Numbered from the stretch's first letter, positions 30,345-41,527 are shown. The stretch is 64,000 nucleotides of DNA from a bacterium (GCA_965249485.1 OZ252239.1:608001-672000), one strand, 5' to 3'. The notes: generated by a model not told the origin, from the letters alone. Numbers and translations: made by a program.

Positions 30345-32174
30345 ATGGACCGAAATTCAATAATCGCTCTTGTACTCATCTTTGTAATTTTTCTCCTCTG
30401 GGAACCGTACGTCCGGTTTTTTTACCCCCCTAACGAAGTACCCGTGTCAGAAGAGCAATCCACTTCTGAAGAAGGCATTGAAGAATATATAGGGCAGACA
30501 GACGTGCAGCAGGTATCGGAACCGATTGTTCCGGACATTCAGGAATCTCCTCCGCCACAATTAGGAACACTTCAAAAAACCGAGCTTCCGGAGCAGACAA
30601 TAGAGATTGAAACGAGACTGTATAGAGGCGTTTTGACCACCAAAGGAGGTACAATTACCGAATGGGAATTGAATAATTATCCCGACCCTCTTGGTAATCC
30701 TGCCAATATTATCCGTGATAATGATGTCGGTAATTTGGGTTTATCCTTTTTCAGCAGCGAAGGTTTTCTTATCGACCTATCTGAATTTGACTTTATCCCA
30801 GCGGAAGATGAGCTGAGCAGCCAATATGGCAAAATCGACCTAACGGGAAGAGACCGAACACGGACCATCACCCTTACAGCCGATCTTGGAAATAACAGCT
30901 ACGTACGCAAAAGATTTACTTTTGATCCTCATTCATACGATATCGGTTTTGAGGTTGAATTCGAAAACATGCAGACACTAATTCACAACCAGGAATATAC
31001 GCTTGTTTGGGGGAGTGGAATTCACACCACCGAGAGGGATACCGAAGGCGATATGCAGTTTTCGAAAACAATGGCGCTTTATGGTTCAAGCGTTGAAAAA
31101 TTCGACATTCAAGATGATGAAGAACGGTCTGAACGTCCATTTAATGGAGATATTCATTGGATAAACACACGGAGCAAATACTTTTGTTCGCTGATTATTC
31201 CGCATAATGTACCCGGAACAAGTGTTGAGTTCAGCGGAAAGAGTATTCCTGAAGAGGCTCATATAGCTAGAAAAAACTATACAACAAAATTAACGATGGG
31301 ATTCACGCCCACTACCCCGGTTTTCACAAATACATTTTCAGTTTACCTCGGACCAGTTGATTATGATGAGTTCAAAATCTTAGAGAGCAAAATTGGCAAT
31401 GGTCTTCAGCTTAAAGAAGCGCTCGATATTAATTCATGGATTCGCGAATTGAGCATGTTTATTCACCGGATTTTCAATTTTCTCCACTCATTTATCCCTA
31501 ATTATGGTATTGTTATCATCGTTTTCTCTCTGCTGATCAACACGATAATGTTTCCGCTGACAGCAAAGAGTTATAAATCGATGAAGAAAATGCAAGACCT
31601 TCAGCCGTTCATGACTGATCTTCGCGAGAAGTACAAGAAGGAACCCCAGAAGCTCCAACAGATGCAGATGAAGCTCTACAAGGAGCACAAAATAAATCCT
31701 CTCGGCGGATGTTTACCGTTCTTGTTTCAAATGCCTATTTTCTTTGCAATATATCCGATATTCCGTTCAATCGAGCTTCGTGGAGCGCCTTTTTTCGGAT
31801 GGATTACCGATCTTTCACAACCTGATACTGTTGCAACAATCCCCACTATTCTCCCTCTTAATAATCTGATGTACGGCAATAATGTCAATGTTCTTACCTT
31901 TGTTTATGCCCTTACAATGTTTATTCAACAGAAGATCATGATGAAGGATCCTAAGCAGAAGGCAATGGTATATCTTATGCCTCTGATGCTGCTGTTTTTT
32001 CTCAACAGATGGTCATCGGGATTTATACTCTATTTTATCATTTTCATGCTGCTTTCGATTTTGCAGCGATACGTTGTCAAAGATAAAGAGGCTCCTGCGG
32101 GGAAGCAAGCAGTACCTGTTCCTGTAGAAAAAGTCCAAGCTAAAATACCCCGTAAAAAGGGAAAGAAGAAATAA
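30345..32174 (+). CDS. yidC: Membrane protein insertase
   Basis: NYGIVII, SMKKMQDLQP, NPLGGCLP.QMP, WITDLSQPD. Confidence 0.97.
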   Translation: MDRNSIIALVLIFVIFLLWEPYVRFFYPPNEVPVSEEQSTSEEGIEEYIGQTDVQQVSEPIVPDIQESPPPQLGTLQKTELPEQTIEIETRLYRGVLTTKGGTITEWELNNYPDPLGNPANIIRDNDVGNLGLSFFSSEGFLIDLSEFDFIPAEDELSSQYGKIDLTGRDRTRTITLTADLGNNSYVRKRFTFDPHSYDIGFEVEFENMQTLIHNQEYTLVWGSGIHTTERDTEGDMQFSKTMALYGSSVEKFDIQDDEERSERPFNGDIHWINTRSKYFCSLIIPHNVPGTSVEFSGKSIPEEAHIARKNYTTKLTMGFTPTTPVFTNTFSVYLGPVDYDEFKILESKIGNGLQLKEALDINSWIRELSMFIHRIFNFLHSFIPNYGIVIIVFSLLINTIMFPLTAKSYKSMKKMQDLQPFMTDLREKYKKEPQKLQQMQMKLYKEHKINPLGGCLPFLFQMPIFFAIYPIFRSIELRGAPFFGWITDLSQPDTVATIPTILPLNNLMYGNNVNVLTFVYALTMFIQQKIMMKDPKQKAMVYLMPLMLLFFLNRWSSGFILYFIIFMLLSILQRYVVKDKEAPAGKQAVPVPVEKVQAKIPRKKGKKK

Positions 32175-32235
32175 TAAATGTTTTTCATATTTAATTAGGG
32201 AAATCGAGAAGTATAACGGTTTCCTTTTTTTCATT

Positions 32236-33642
32236 ATGTCATTGCCTGTAGACGACACCATTGCAGCCATATCAACACCGCTCTTTCCCTCGGGAATCGG
32301 TGTTATACGAATTAGTGGTCCCGATGCTTATAAGATAGCTGACATGTTATTTGAGGGCATGGGAATACCCTCTTCCCACGACTCGTACAGTGCGCTTCAT
32401 GGTTATGTTCAAGATCCCCAAACAGGAGTGCAAATCGATGAAGTTGTGTGTCTTGTTATGAAGGGGCCGAATACCTATACGGGGGAAGATGTAGTGGAGT
32501 TTTCTGCCCATGGAAACCCTTTTTTGTTGCAGGAGATTATCAAAGTAATAATTGCGAATGGTGCACGGCAGGCCGAACCCGGGGAGTTTACCTATAGAGC
32601 ATTTATCAACGGCAAAATGAGCCTAACGCAAGCCGAAGCAGTCCACCAGCTTATTCATGCCCGAAGCGAGACCGGACTCAGAAATGCATTTCTGCAGCTT
32701 CAGGGGTCGTTACAGAAGCGAATACAAAGGCTTCGCAATTCCGCCGTTGAGCTCCTATCGGATTTTGAAGCGGAAATTGAGTTTCCCGAAGAAGGTTTAA
32801 ACTTTATCTCAAAAAAAGATGCAATTTCAAAGCTTAAACTGCTTATAAAATCGTGTTCAGAGTTAGCAAGTTCCTATACGATCGGCAAAAAAATTGAAGA
32901 GGGTGTAACAATTACACTTTGCGGTCCACCCAACTCGGGGAAATCAACCCTATTAAACAGACTTTTAAACGAAGACCGCGCCATAGTTCACTATGAACCT
33001 GGCACGACCCGTGATGTTATTGAAGGGACAGTTGTCATTAATGGAGCAACGCTTCGGCTTGTCGATACAGCTGGAATCAGGGACACAGAGGAATCGGTCG
33101 AAGAGCATGGCATCAAAAAAACCTACTCTGTTCTCAAAAAATCTGATCTCGTTATATGGATCGATTCAGTCTCCGAAAGGGATATGACAAACGACATCCT
33201 TTTTCAAAAAGTGCATTCATATATTCATGACCATTCGAAACACATTCAGGTTCTTAGACTGCTCAATAAAAGCGACCTTCTCAATAGTGACCAGAGAAAA
33301 CAGCTTACCGATGAGTGTTCAAACGGAACACAGCGTTTGGTTTCGGCCAAGCGCGGGTGGGGCATTTCTCAGTTACGCAATACAATATCGGATTGCATAG
33401 GACAGCTTCATGTCCCAATTTACGAGGGAACAATTATTACAAGTATGCGACAGCGGCAACTCCTTGATGCAGTCAAAGGCGCATTGAAGCGAGTGCTCAA
33501 CGGACTACAGAAAAATATTTCGTTAGAGTACCTGTGTATGGACCTACAGGAAGGGATAGAAGAATTGAACCAATTCATTGGGAAGAATCCCCCGCAGGAT
33601 GTATACAAGCTTATTTTTAGTAATTATTGCGTCGGAAAATAA
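32236..33642 (+). CDS. mnmE: tRNA modification GTPase
   Basis: DTIAAISTP, GPPNSGKS, GTTRD, DTAG, NKSD, C-terminal CVGK. Confidence 0.97.
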   Translation: MSLPVDDTIAAISTPLFPSGIGVIRISGPDAYKIADMLFEGMGIPSSHDSYSALHGYVQDPQTGVQIDEVVCLVMKGPNTYTGEDVVEFSAHGNPFLLQEIIKVIIANGARQAEPGEFTYRAFINGKMSLTQAEAVHQLIHARSETGLRNAFLQLQGSLQKRIQRLRNSAVELLSDFEAEIEFPEEGLNFISKKDAISKLKLLIKSCSELASSYTIGKKIEEGVTITLCGPPNSGKSTLLNRLLNEDRAIVHYEPGTTRDVIEGTVVINGATLRLVDTAGIRDTEESVEEHGIKKTYSVLKKSDLVIWIDSVSERDMTNDILFQKVHSYIHDHSKHIQVLRLLNKSDLLNSDQRKQLTDECSNGTQRLVSAKRGWGISQLRNTISDCIGQLHVPIYEGTIITSMRQRQLLDAVKGALKRVLNGLQKNISLEYLCMDLQEGIEELNQFIGKNPPQDVYKLIFSNYCVGK

Positions 33643-33659
33643 CACACACTACATAATAG

Positions 33660-33675
33660 TGTTTCACGTGAAACA
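33660..33675. promoter_or_regulatory. parS site
   Basis: Perfect palindrome TGTTTCACGTGAAACA. Confidence 0.93.
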
Positions 33676-35576
33676 TGACGTTTTCCAATAAATATGACAT
33701 AGTAATCGTGGGTGCCGGACATGCCGGCTGTGAGGCAGCCCTTGCTGCTTCCCGCTGCGGCCTTAAGGTTCTGGTGCTTTCAATGGACACATCGGCAACA
33801 GCGAGGATGTCGTGCAATCCTGCAATCGGTGGAATTGCCAAAGGACACCTTGTACGAGAGATCGATGCACTCGGCGGCGAGATGGGAAAAGCGATTGATG
33901 CCTCCGGCATTCAATTCCGAATGCTCAACCGCTCAAAGGGACCCGCTGTATGGTCTCCAAGAGCACAGGCTGATAAAAAACATTACTCCGATTACATGAC
34001 ACATGTCCTGCAGCAACAGCCCGGACTTGAATACGTAGCAGGAGAAGTAATTGATATCTCTATCAAAGAAAACAGTGCCACAGGTGTGGTACTCAAATCA
34101 GGAGAACATGTTGAGTGCAGGGCTGTCATTGTCACGAGCGGAACATTTCTCGGCGGAATAGGATTCAGGGGAGCAGATTCATTTGAAGGTGGGAGAGTTG
34201 GAGAAAAACCTGCTATAGGCCTGACAAAGAGTTTGCAGAAGAACGGTATTCGGTACGGAAGATTCAAAACCGGAACACCTCCCCGTTTAGACGGCAGGAC
34301 AATCGATTGGACACAATTCGAGCAGCAAGATGGAGATGAATTCCCTCAACCATTTTCATTTAGCACCGATTTGATAACCATGCCCCAAATATCGTGTTAT
34401 CTCGGATGGACGAATGAAGTGACTCACGAAATACTTCGTGAGGGATTTGAAGAATCACCGCTTTTTTCAGGAAAGATACAAGGTACCGGGCCGCGATACT
34501 GCTCTTCGATTGAAGACAAAATAAATCGTTTTGCCGACAAGAAGCGACATCAAATCTTTCTTGAACCTGAGGGGCTTGATACAAACTGGATATACATCAA
34601 CGGTTATTCGACCAGCCTTCCGACTGAGGTGCAATTGCGCGGACTCAAATCTATTCCCGGCCTTGATCATGTAGAGGTCTTGCAATATGGCTATGCTGTC
34701 GAATACGACTACTTTCCTCCCGATCAATTACATCCATGGATGGAGACAAAAGCTGTTCGCAATCTTTATCTCGCTGGCCAGATTAATGGAACGTCAGGGT
34801 ATGAAGAGGCTGCAACCCAGGGATTAATCGCCGGTATAAACGCTGCCAATATCCTACTTGATAAAGAACCTCTGGTCCTGAAGCGATCGGAGGCATACAT
34901 CGGTGTCCTTATTGACGACCTTATCAACAAACCTATTGAAGAACCATATAGACTTTTTACGTCTCGGGCCGAATACCGCCTCCTTCTCAGGCAGGACAAT
35001 GCCGATGAACGGCTCATGGAATATGGAAAAATACAAGGTTTGATTAATGACACGACCTACTCCAAGATGGTCAATAAACGGGAGTCACGAAACATGGTGA
35101 TTTCTTACCTCAAAAGCAACAGAGTCAGGCCGGAGAATGCTAATCCCGTATTGAAAAACGCTGAAAGCTCACCGATTAAAGAATCGGAAAGTTTATACCA
35201 ACTCCTTAAACGTCCGGAGTTGTCATTCTCACACATTACCAATATTGAGCCAGGTATCATGTCATCAACCGATTTTTCAAACAGATTCAACCTTCCGGAA
35301 CAAGTTGAAATGGAAGTGAAATACGAGGGGTATATAAACCGATTGAACAAACAAGCCGATAGCGTTAAGAGGATGGAAAATTCACTGCTCTCCGATAATA
35401 TCAATTATAAAAATTTATCTTTTTTATCAATGGAGGCACGGGAGAAACTCGATACATTACGACCGCATACTCTTGGACAGGCTTCACGAATAGCAGGAAT
35501 ATCAACTGTCGATATAGCAAATTTGATGATTTATCTTAAGAAAAATAAAATTGAATCCGAACAATGTTCCACGTGA
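33675..35576 (+). CDS. mnmG: tRNA uridine-5-carboxymethylaminomethyl(34) synthesis enzyme
   Basis: GAGHAGCEAA, MSCNPAIGG, AGQINGTSGYEEAA, RAEYRL. Confidence 0.98.
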   Translation: MTFSNKYDIVIVGAGHAGCEAALAASRCGLKVLVLSMDTSATARMSCNPAIGGIAKGHLVREIDALGGEMGKAIDASGIQFRMLNRSKGPAVWSPRAQADKKHYSDYMTHVLQQQPGLEYVAGEVIDISIKENSATGVVLKSGEHVECRAVIVTSGTFLGGIGFRGADSFEGGRVGEKPAIGLTKSLQKNGIRYGRFKTGTPPRLDGRTIDWTQFEQQDGDEFPQPFSFSTDLITMPQISCYLGWTNEVTHEILREGFEESPLFSGKIQGTGPRYCSSIEDKINRFADKKRHQIFLEPEGLDTNWIYINGYSTSLPTEVQLRGLKSIPGLDHVEVLQYGYAVEYDYFPPDQLHPWMETKAVRNLYLAGQINGTSGYEEAATQGLIAGINAANILLDKEPLVLKRSEAYIGVLIDDLINKPIEEPYRLFTSRAEYRLLLRQDNADERLMEYGKIQGLINDTTYSKMVNKRESRNMVISYLKSNRVRPENANPVLKNAESSPIKESESLYQLLKRPELSFSHITNIEPGIMSSTDFSNRFNLPEQVEMEVKYEGYINRLNKQADSVKRMENSLLSDNINYKNLSFLSMEAREKLDTLRPHTLGQASRIAGISTVDIANLMIYLKKNKIESEQCST

Positions 35577-35580
35577 AACA
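35565..35580. promoter_or_regulatory. parS site
   Basis: TGTTCCACGTGAAACA, overlapping the mnmG stop. Confidence 0.93.
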
Positions 35581-35592
35581 TAACAAATTACT

Positions 35593-36309
35593 ATGATAGC
35601 AGAACCACACAGCACTTTGGATAAAGAGCTTGATTCAGTTAGCATTCAACTGCAGTATTTACAAGACGTCACGGAACGATTTGGACTGCCTTTATCGCTC
35701 GACAAAATCCGTTTGTTTGAAATTTATATACGTCAGATAATTATCTGGAACCAGAAAACAAATCTGATTGCCAAAAATGATATTCCTCGGATCGCACAGC
35801 GTCACATCTTTGAATCGTTACTCTTAACGAAGGCGGCTGATTTCCAAAGAAAGATAAAAGTCCTTGATGTTGGGACTGGGGCAGGATTCCCGGGTATACC
35901 TCTCTATATCTGGAATCCTGATATCGAATTGATGCTTATCGAATCGAATAGGAAAAAAATTATATTTCTCGAACTGATGAAAGATATGCTTAATCTTTCC
36001 AGGGTCAACGTCTATTGCGGTCGGGCAGAAGACGCAGCACAGAGTGTGAATCTTGCTAAATCATTCGATATTGTTGTGGCACGGGCAGTTGCCCCTTTGG
36101 AAAAACTCCTGAAGTGGTCAAAGCCCTTTCTCAAGAAGGGTCCGGATAGCAAGAGCATGTGTCTGTTTCCAAAGGGTAGCAATGTTTCCGATGAGCTTAA
36201 AAAAATAGATAATGATAAATGGTCTGTTTCGACAACCGACCTAACAAAATACACAGAACATAAAGACAAGCAATTAATTACCATAACTGAATTATTATCA
36301 ACATCTTAG
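35593..36309 (+). CDS. rsmG: 16S rRNA m7G527 methyltransferase
   Basis: WNQKTNL, RHIFES, DVGTGAGFPG, VARAV. Confidence 0.96.
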   Translation: MIAEPHSTLDKELDSVSIQLQYLQDVTERFGLPLSLDKIRLFEIYIRQIIIWNQKTNLIAKNDIPRIAQRHIFESLLLTKAADFQRKIKVLDVGTGAGFPGIPLYIWNPDIELMLIESNRKKIIFLELMKDMLNLSRVNVYCGRAEDAAQSVNLAKSFDIVVARAVAPLEKLLKWSKPFLKKGPDSKSMCLFPKGSNVSDELKKIDNDKWSVSTTDLTKYTEHKDKQLITITELLSTS

Positions 36310-36319
36310 AATTGTTCTG

Positions 36320-37258
36320 ATGCCACATACAAGTAAAGATAAAGCAGTTTTTGATGAGATTAAGAATCTCATAACCGAGCAGAGCAATCTAAAAACAGAG
36401 TCGATTGATACTGTATCTGTTTTGGAGATTCTCCGTTTAATCAATCAGGAGGATGCTCTTGTCCATGCTGCTGTTGCTAAAGAGCTTGATGCTATTGGAC
36501 AAGCAGTGGAGTTTATTGTCGCCACTTTTAAGAAAGGCGGGCGGTTGTTTTATGCAGGTGCCGGGACCAGCGGGAGGCTCGGTGTCCTTGATGCCTCTGA
36601 ATGTCCACCAACATTCGGTTCCGATGCTGAAATGGTACAGGGAATTATTGCCGGGGGATATGACTCGTTAATTCGATCACAAGAAGGTGTGGAGGATAAC
36701 GAGGAAGCGAGCATCCAAGACCTAAAAGACAGAAAATTTAATTCTGATGACATATTGTGCGGTTTGACTGCTTGTAAACGAACACCTTACGTTGTTAGTG
36801 CGTTACGATACGCACATAGTCTTGGCGCAAAAACTATCTATGTAACCTGCACACCTCATGCAGAATTGACTGTTGATTCTGATGTTGCCATTTGCCCTGT
36901 TGTCGGACCTGAAGCTATCATGGGATCAACACGCATGAAAGCAGGTACCGCAGAAAAAATGGTGCTTAATATGCTGACAACTGCTTCGTTTATTCAGATG
37001 GGCAAGGTATACAAAAATATGATGGTTGACCTACAAATGACAAGCAGGAAGTTACAGGAGCGTTCAAAGAGAGTTGTCATGATGGCAACAGGTGTCGATT
37101 ACCTCGGAGCAGATACTGCTCTTGATGAGGCAGGAGGACACGTGAAGACAGCTTTAGTTATGATTTTAGGCAATGTCTCAAGAAAAAAAGCGGAGCAGGT
37201 GCTGATTCAATCAAGCGGGTTTGTCCGAAAAGCTCTGGAAATCACTCAGGCGAAATAA
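36320..37258 (+). CDS. murQ: N-acetylmuramic acid 6-phosphate etherase
   Basis: GAGTSGRLGVLDASECPPTF, GPEAIMGSTRMKAGTA. Confidence 0.97.
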   Translation: MPHTSKDKAVFDEIKNLITEQSNLKTESIDTVSVLEILRLINQEDALVHAAVAKELDAIGQAVEFIVATFKKGGRLFYAGAGTSGRLGVLDASECPPTFGSDAEMVQGIIAGGYDSLIRSQEGVEDNEEASIQDLKDRKFNSDDILCGLTACKRTPYVVSALRYAHSLGAKTIYVTCTPHAELTVDSDVAICPVVGPEAIMGSTRMKAGTAEKMVLNMLTTASFIQMGKVYKNMMVDLQMTSRKLQERSKRVVMMATGVDYLGADTALDEAGGHVKTALVMILGNVSRKKAEQVLIQSSGFVRKALEITQAK

Positions 37259-37313
37259 ACGCGATGGCACATAGCAATAGTTTAATCTTTGATCATTACC
37301 TTCATTCTTATTA

Positions 37314-40300
37314 ATGAAATCATTTGATTTTCATAACCACCTTTTCGCCGCTCAGCCGTTCGAGAATTGTATTGAACGTTGTACTGCCGGTGAACACTTT
37401 TCCGTATCGGGATTATCCGGTTCTGCGGTATCCATTCTGACATCAAGATTGGCTGAGCAACATGACGGTCAATTTATTGTAGTTGCTCCTGATTTTCAGG
37501 CTGCTGAGATTATACAATACGATTTAGAGGCTATTGGAGATAAACAGGTAAATTATTTTCCCGCTTACCGCGGAATTCATCTCGAAGAGAAACAAATTAA
37601 CACCGATGTACGCCTTGCCCGTATACAGTGTCTGCAAAGCCTGCTTTCGGGTAAAAAAGGTGTGTATGTTCTCGAATGCCGTGCCCTACTCCAGGAAGTC
37701 GTACCTCCCGAACAACTTACCAACAGGATACTTACAGTTAAAAAGGGGGAAGAAACCGACTTTGGTTTCTTTGCCGAATATCTCGTTGAAGAAGGATTCA
37801 AGAGAGAGGTTATGGTAGAGGATTTTGGAGATATTTCGATCCGTGGCGGGATTATCGACATATTTTCATTAAGTGGACTTGAACCTGTCAGAATAGAATT
37901 TGACGGAAACACGATTGAATCTATCCGTGTGTTCGATATTAACACACAACGCTCTCTAAAAGAAATAGAGCATGTCTCCATTGTGTCTCCGGTGCTCGAT
38001 ACGACAGGAATTTTTATCCCCGATATTTCTGGCGGCACAGCATCGGTATTAGATTATTTTCCTGACGATGCGCCGCTTTTCTTTCATCAGCCAATATTTG
38101 CTCGGAAAACAATTCATGAGTTTATAGAGAGAGTAAACAAAGCCAGTGACGAAGAGTCAGACAGGCTAAAAATTGATTCGTCTGAAATATTTCAACATAT
38201 TGAGGAGCGACTTTCTGCACGATTTTCAGCATACATTCAAAATACACTTCATTCGACTCACCATGACAGCACAATACATTTTCAGATGAAAACTCTGCCG
38301 AAATTCAGAAGAAATTTGAATTTCTTTTCACAGTTCTTTGCGGAACTTCAAGTCGAGTATCCCGAAATTACTCTTACTATTCTTTGTGACGGTGACAGTC
38401 AAACTGATAGGCTGCGGAATTTGATTCTCGATGAAGACCTCCTGGCTATTCCGTATTTCATTCATTCAGGAATCTTGACCGAAGGATTTTTAAGTCCCCT
38501 TGGACAAATTGCTGTTCTTAACGATCATGAGATCTTCGACAGGAAACACTTCAGAAAGCCAAAGCGAATTTACAAAGCCCGAAAAGTGCTCCTGGATGAT
38601 CTATCACTACAGATAGGGGATTTTGTTGTTCATGAAGACTACGGAATTGGTCAATATCGGGGACTTGATAAGATTTCTATCGGCAAGAGTGAGCAGGAGG
38701 CTCTCAAAATAGCTTACCGTGAAGGTGATTCGCTCTATCTCAATATAGAAAAACTTCCGAATCTTGAAAAATACACAGGACAAGAGGGGTATAAACCCGA
38801 GCTCAGCAAGTTGGGTGGAGCCGATTGGGACCGTGTAAAAAAGAAGACAAAAAAATCTGTAGAAAATATTGCAAAAGAACTTGTTGGTCTCTATGCAAAG
38901 CGGTCCTCGAAGCAGGGCATCACTTTTTCTGCCGACACACAGTGGCAGCAAGAGCTGGAAGCATCTTTTGAATACGAAGAGACTCCTGACCAGCTTAAAG
39001 CTTGCTGGGATATTAAAAAGGATATGGAATCGAGCAATTCGATGGATCGGTTAGTGTGCGGTGATGTTGGATTCGGAAAAACCGAGGTTGCCCTTCGAGC
39101 AGCATTTAAGGCGGTCAACGATAGTAAACAAGTCGCGGTGCTTGTACCAACTACATTATTAGCCCAACAACATTATGACACATTCTGCAAACGGATGAAA
39201 CAATATCCTGTTACTATCGAAATGCTCTCACGATTCCGCACACCAAAACAGCAGAAAGTTATTTTAGCCGGTTTAATGGACGGTTCTGTCGATATAGTCA
39301 TCGGAACACACCGCCTTTTGTCAAAAGACATTGCATTTAGTAACCTCGGATTAATTATAATTGATGAAGAGCAAAGATTTGGTGTTACGCACAAAGAGAA
39401 ACTGAAACATCTCCGTTCGGAAGTAGATGTTTTAACCTTAACCGCCACGCCGATTCCGAGGACGATGCATATGTCACTTCTTGGAGTACGGGACTTGTCG
39501 GTGATTAACACGCCGCCAAAAAATAGAATGTCGATTATTACCGAGATAGCGGAATTTGATGACGATCTGGTACGGGCTGCAATTATCAAAGAACTAGACA
39601 GGGGTGGGCAGATTTATTTTGTACATAACAAAGTCAGGACAATTTACAAACTTCATGATACACTCCAAAAACTAGTCCCTGAAGCATCCTTTGGTGTTGC
39701 ACACGGACAAATGAAAGAGCGTGATCTTGAAGAGGTTATGCATGCGTTTCTGCGAGAGGAGTTTTCCTGTCTTATTTCGACTATGATAATTGAATCGGGT
39801 CTTGACATTCCGTCGGTAAATACTATAATTGTAAATCAAGCAGAAAATTTCGGTCTGGCTCAGCTCTATCAGCTAAGAGGGAGAGTCGGAAGATCTGATA
39901 TTCAGGCATTTGCGTATTTATTGACCCCGCGCTTTGAAAAAATGAGTGAAGACTCGTTAAAACGGCTCCAGACCTTAACGGAACATACTGAACTGGGTTC
40001 CGGTCTGAATATTGCGCTTAAAGACCTTGAAATCAGAGGAGCAGGAAATCTTCTGGGATCGGAGCAAAGCGGTCAAATTAATGCTGTCGGATACGACATG
40101 TTTACAAGGCTTGTCAAAGAATCGGTCTCAGAACATATGAACGAGATGCTGCCGGAAGATGAGGCACAAAAGACCGGAGTACAGGAAGCCTATGCCGTTA
40201 AAATCGATACTGACATTTCTGCTTATTTCCCAGATTCTTATATTCCTGATCCGTTTCAGCGTGTTTCTTTATACAGAAAAATCTCTCTCATTGATTCGGT

Positions 40301-40658
40301 AACTGATCTCAATGATATAAAAGAAGATCTATCTGACAGATTCGGAACTCCTCCGGATCAGGCAGAAAACCTGCTTCATTTGATTGAATTGAAACTTCAG
40401 GCATCACAGCTCTCGATGAAGCGTATCAGTATTATGAGACATAAATTCACGGGGACATTTTCTGTTGGTGCAGAAGCATCTGTAGTGGAAAAGGAACAAT
40501 TAGCTCAATTGGTTAGTTCTTTTGTTGAAGATGCAACATATCCTTTTCAGCTAAAGCAGGAAAGTAACTTGAAACTTGAGCTGCCGGTTCCAAGCAATTC
40601 AGACCGGGAAAGTCTTTTGTATATCAGTAATTTTCTAAAATATTTAAAATCAGCGTAA
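37314..40658 (+). CDS. mfd: Transcription-repair coupling factor
   Basis: RGGIIDIF, CGDVGFGKTEV, DEEQRFG, TATPIPRT, QLRGRVGR, DLEIRGAG. Confidence 0.98.
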   Translation: MKSFDFHNHLFAAQPFENCIERCTAGEHFSVSGLSGSAVSILTSRLAEQHDGQFIVVAPDFQAAEIIQYDLEAIGDKQVNYFPAYRGIHLEEKQINTDVRLARIQCLQSLLSGKKGVYVLECRALLQEVVPPEQLTNRILTVKKGEETDFGFFAEYLVEEGFKREVMVEDFGDISIRGGIIDIFSLSGLEPVRIEFDGNTIESIRVFDINTQRSLKEIEHVSIVSPVLDTTGIFIPDISGGTASVLDYFPDDAPLFFHQPIFARKTIHEFIERVNKASDEESDRLKIDSSEIFQHIEERLSARFSAYIQNTLHSTHHDSTIHFQMKTLPKFRRNLNFFSQFFAELQVEYPEITLTILCDGDSQTDRLRNLILDEDLLAIPYFIHSGILTEGFLSPLGQIAVLNDHEIFDRKHFRKPKRIYKARKVLLDDLSLQIGDFVVHEDYGIGQYRGLDKISIGKSEQEALKIAYREGDSLYLNIEKLPNLEKYTGQEGYKPELSKLGGADWDRVKKKTKKSVENIAKELVGLYAKRSSKQGITFSADTQWQQELEASFEYEETPDQLKACWDIKKDMESSNSMDRLVCGDVGFGKTEVALRAAFKAVNDSKQVAVLVPTTLLAQQHYDTFCKRMKQYPVTIEMLSRFRTPKQQKVILAGLMDGSVDIVIGTHRLLSKDIAFSNLGLIIIDEEQRFGVTHKEKLKHLRSEVDVLTLTATPIPRTMHMSLLGVRDLSVINTPPKNRMSIITEIAEFDDDLVRAAIIKELDRGGQIYFVHNKVRTIYKLHDTLQKLVPEASFGVAHGQMKERDLEEVMHAFLREEFSCLISTMIIESGLDIPSVNTIIVNQAENFGLAQLYQLRGRVGRSDIQAFAYLLTPRFEKMSEDSLKRLQTLTEHTELGSGLNIALKDLEIRGAGNLLGSEQSGQINAVGYDMFTRLVKESVSEHMNEMLPEDEAQKTGVQEAYAVKIDTDISAYFPDSYIPDPFQRVSLYRKISLIDSVTDLNDIKEDLSDRFGTPPDQAENLLHLIELKLQASQLSMKRISIMRHKFTGTFSVGAEASVVEKEQLAQLVSSFVEDATYPFQLKQESNLKLELPVPSNSDRESLLYISNFLKYLKSA

Positions 40659-40675
40659 GTGTTCATGAAACGACT

Positions 40676-41512
40676 ATGAAATCAAAGATCAATTTATTAA
40701 GCCTTTTTGCCTTAAGCTTATGCTTTTCAATTTCTTGCGGACTCTTTAATAAAGAACAGTCTGTTGCAAAAGTTGCAAAAACTGAACTGACACGCACTGA
40801 GCTTGATATGAGAATAGAGCAAATTGGGACAAACAATGATTTTGAAAATGCACAGCGGCGATTTGTAAATGAGTGGGTAGACCGGGAACTGCTCTATCAA
40901 GAAGCACTTCAGAACAAATTTGAAACAACGCAGTTTATGGAAGCAGAGATAGAACGTATTCGAAAAAACATGATTGTTAATCTGTTTCTGAAAAGCCAGA
41001 TTGACTCAATTATTTATACCTCTGATAATGAAATCAAAGACTATTACACCGAACATTCTCATGAATTCACTGCAGAATCCGACTATTTTCAGTTTGTGTC
41101 TCTCAGAGTGCTCGACCAATCATTTGCTCAACAAATCCAGAAAGAATTAAATAATGGCACTGACATTAACATTGTTCATGCAACTTCGCCCGATCTCTGT
41201 GAAATCGTAAGTAGCGGTTCTGATTATTTGCCGGACACAATTCTTGATAATTCATTTGCAGCAGAACTGAAGAAATTAAAAACTGGTAGCGATTATACTC
41301 GTGTTGGCGTCAATAACGAAATATACTACGTAAAATTAATGAATCATATCGAAAAAGGTGAAATCAAATCGTTGGAAATGGTATTTCAACACATACAGCA
41401 AATACTCATGCATAACAAATATCAGGAAAAATATACCGATCTTATTTCACGGCTTCGAAAGAGCTATTCATTTGAAATTAATTTAGGCGTCACTGCTCAA
41501 TCGGTTGAGTAG
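40676..41512 (+). CDS. Parvulin/PrsA-like lipoprotein (degenerate PPIase)
   Basis: Lipobox ISC; VAKV...WVDRELLYQEA; position between mfd and surA. Confidence 0.8.
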   Translation: MKSKINLLSLFALSLCFSISCGLFNKEQSVAKVAKTELTRTELDMRIEQIGTNNDFENAQRRFVNEWVDRELLYQEALQNKFETTQFMEAEIERIRKNMIVNLFLKSQIDSIIYTSDNEIKDYYTEHSHEFTAESDYFQFVSLRVLDQSFAQQIQKELNNGTDINIVHATSPDLCEIVSSGSDYLPDTILDNSFAAELKKLKTGSDYTRVGVNNEIYYVKLMNHIEKGEIKSLEMVFQHIQQILMHNKYQEKYTDLISRLRKSYSFEINLGVTAQSVE

Positions 41513-41527
41513 CAATAGGAGGAGTAT

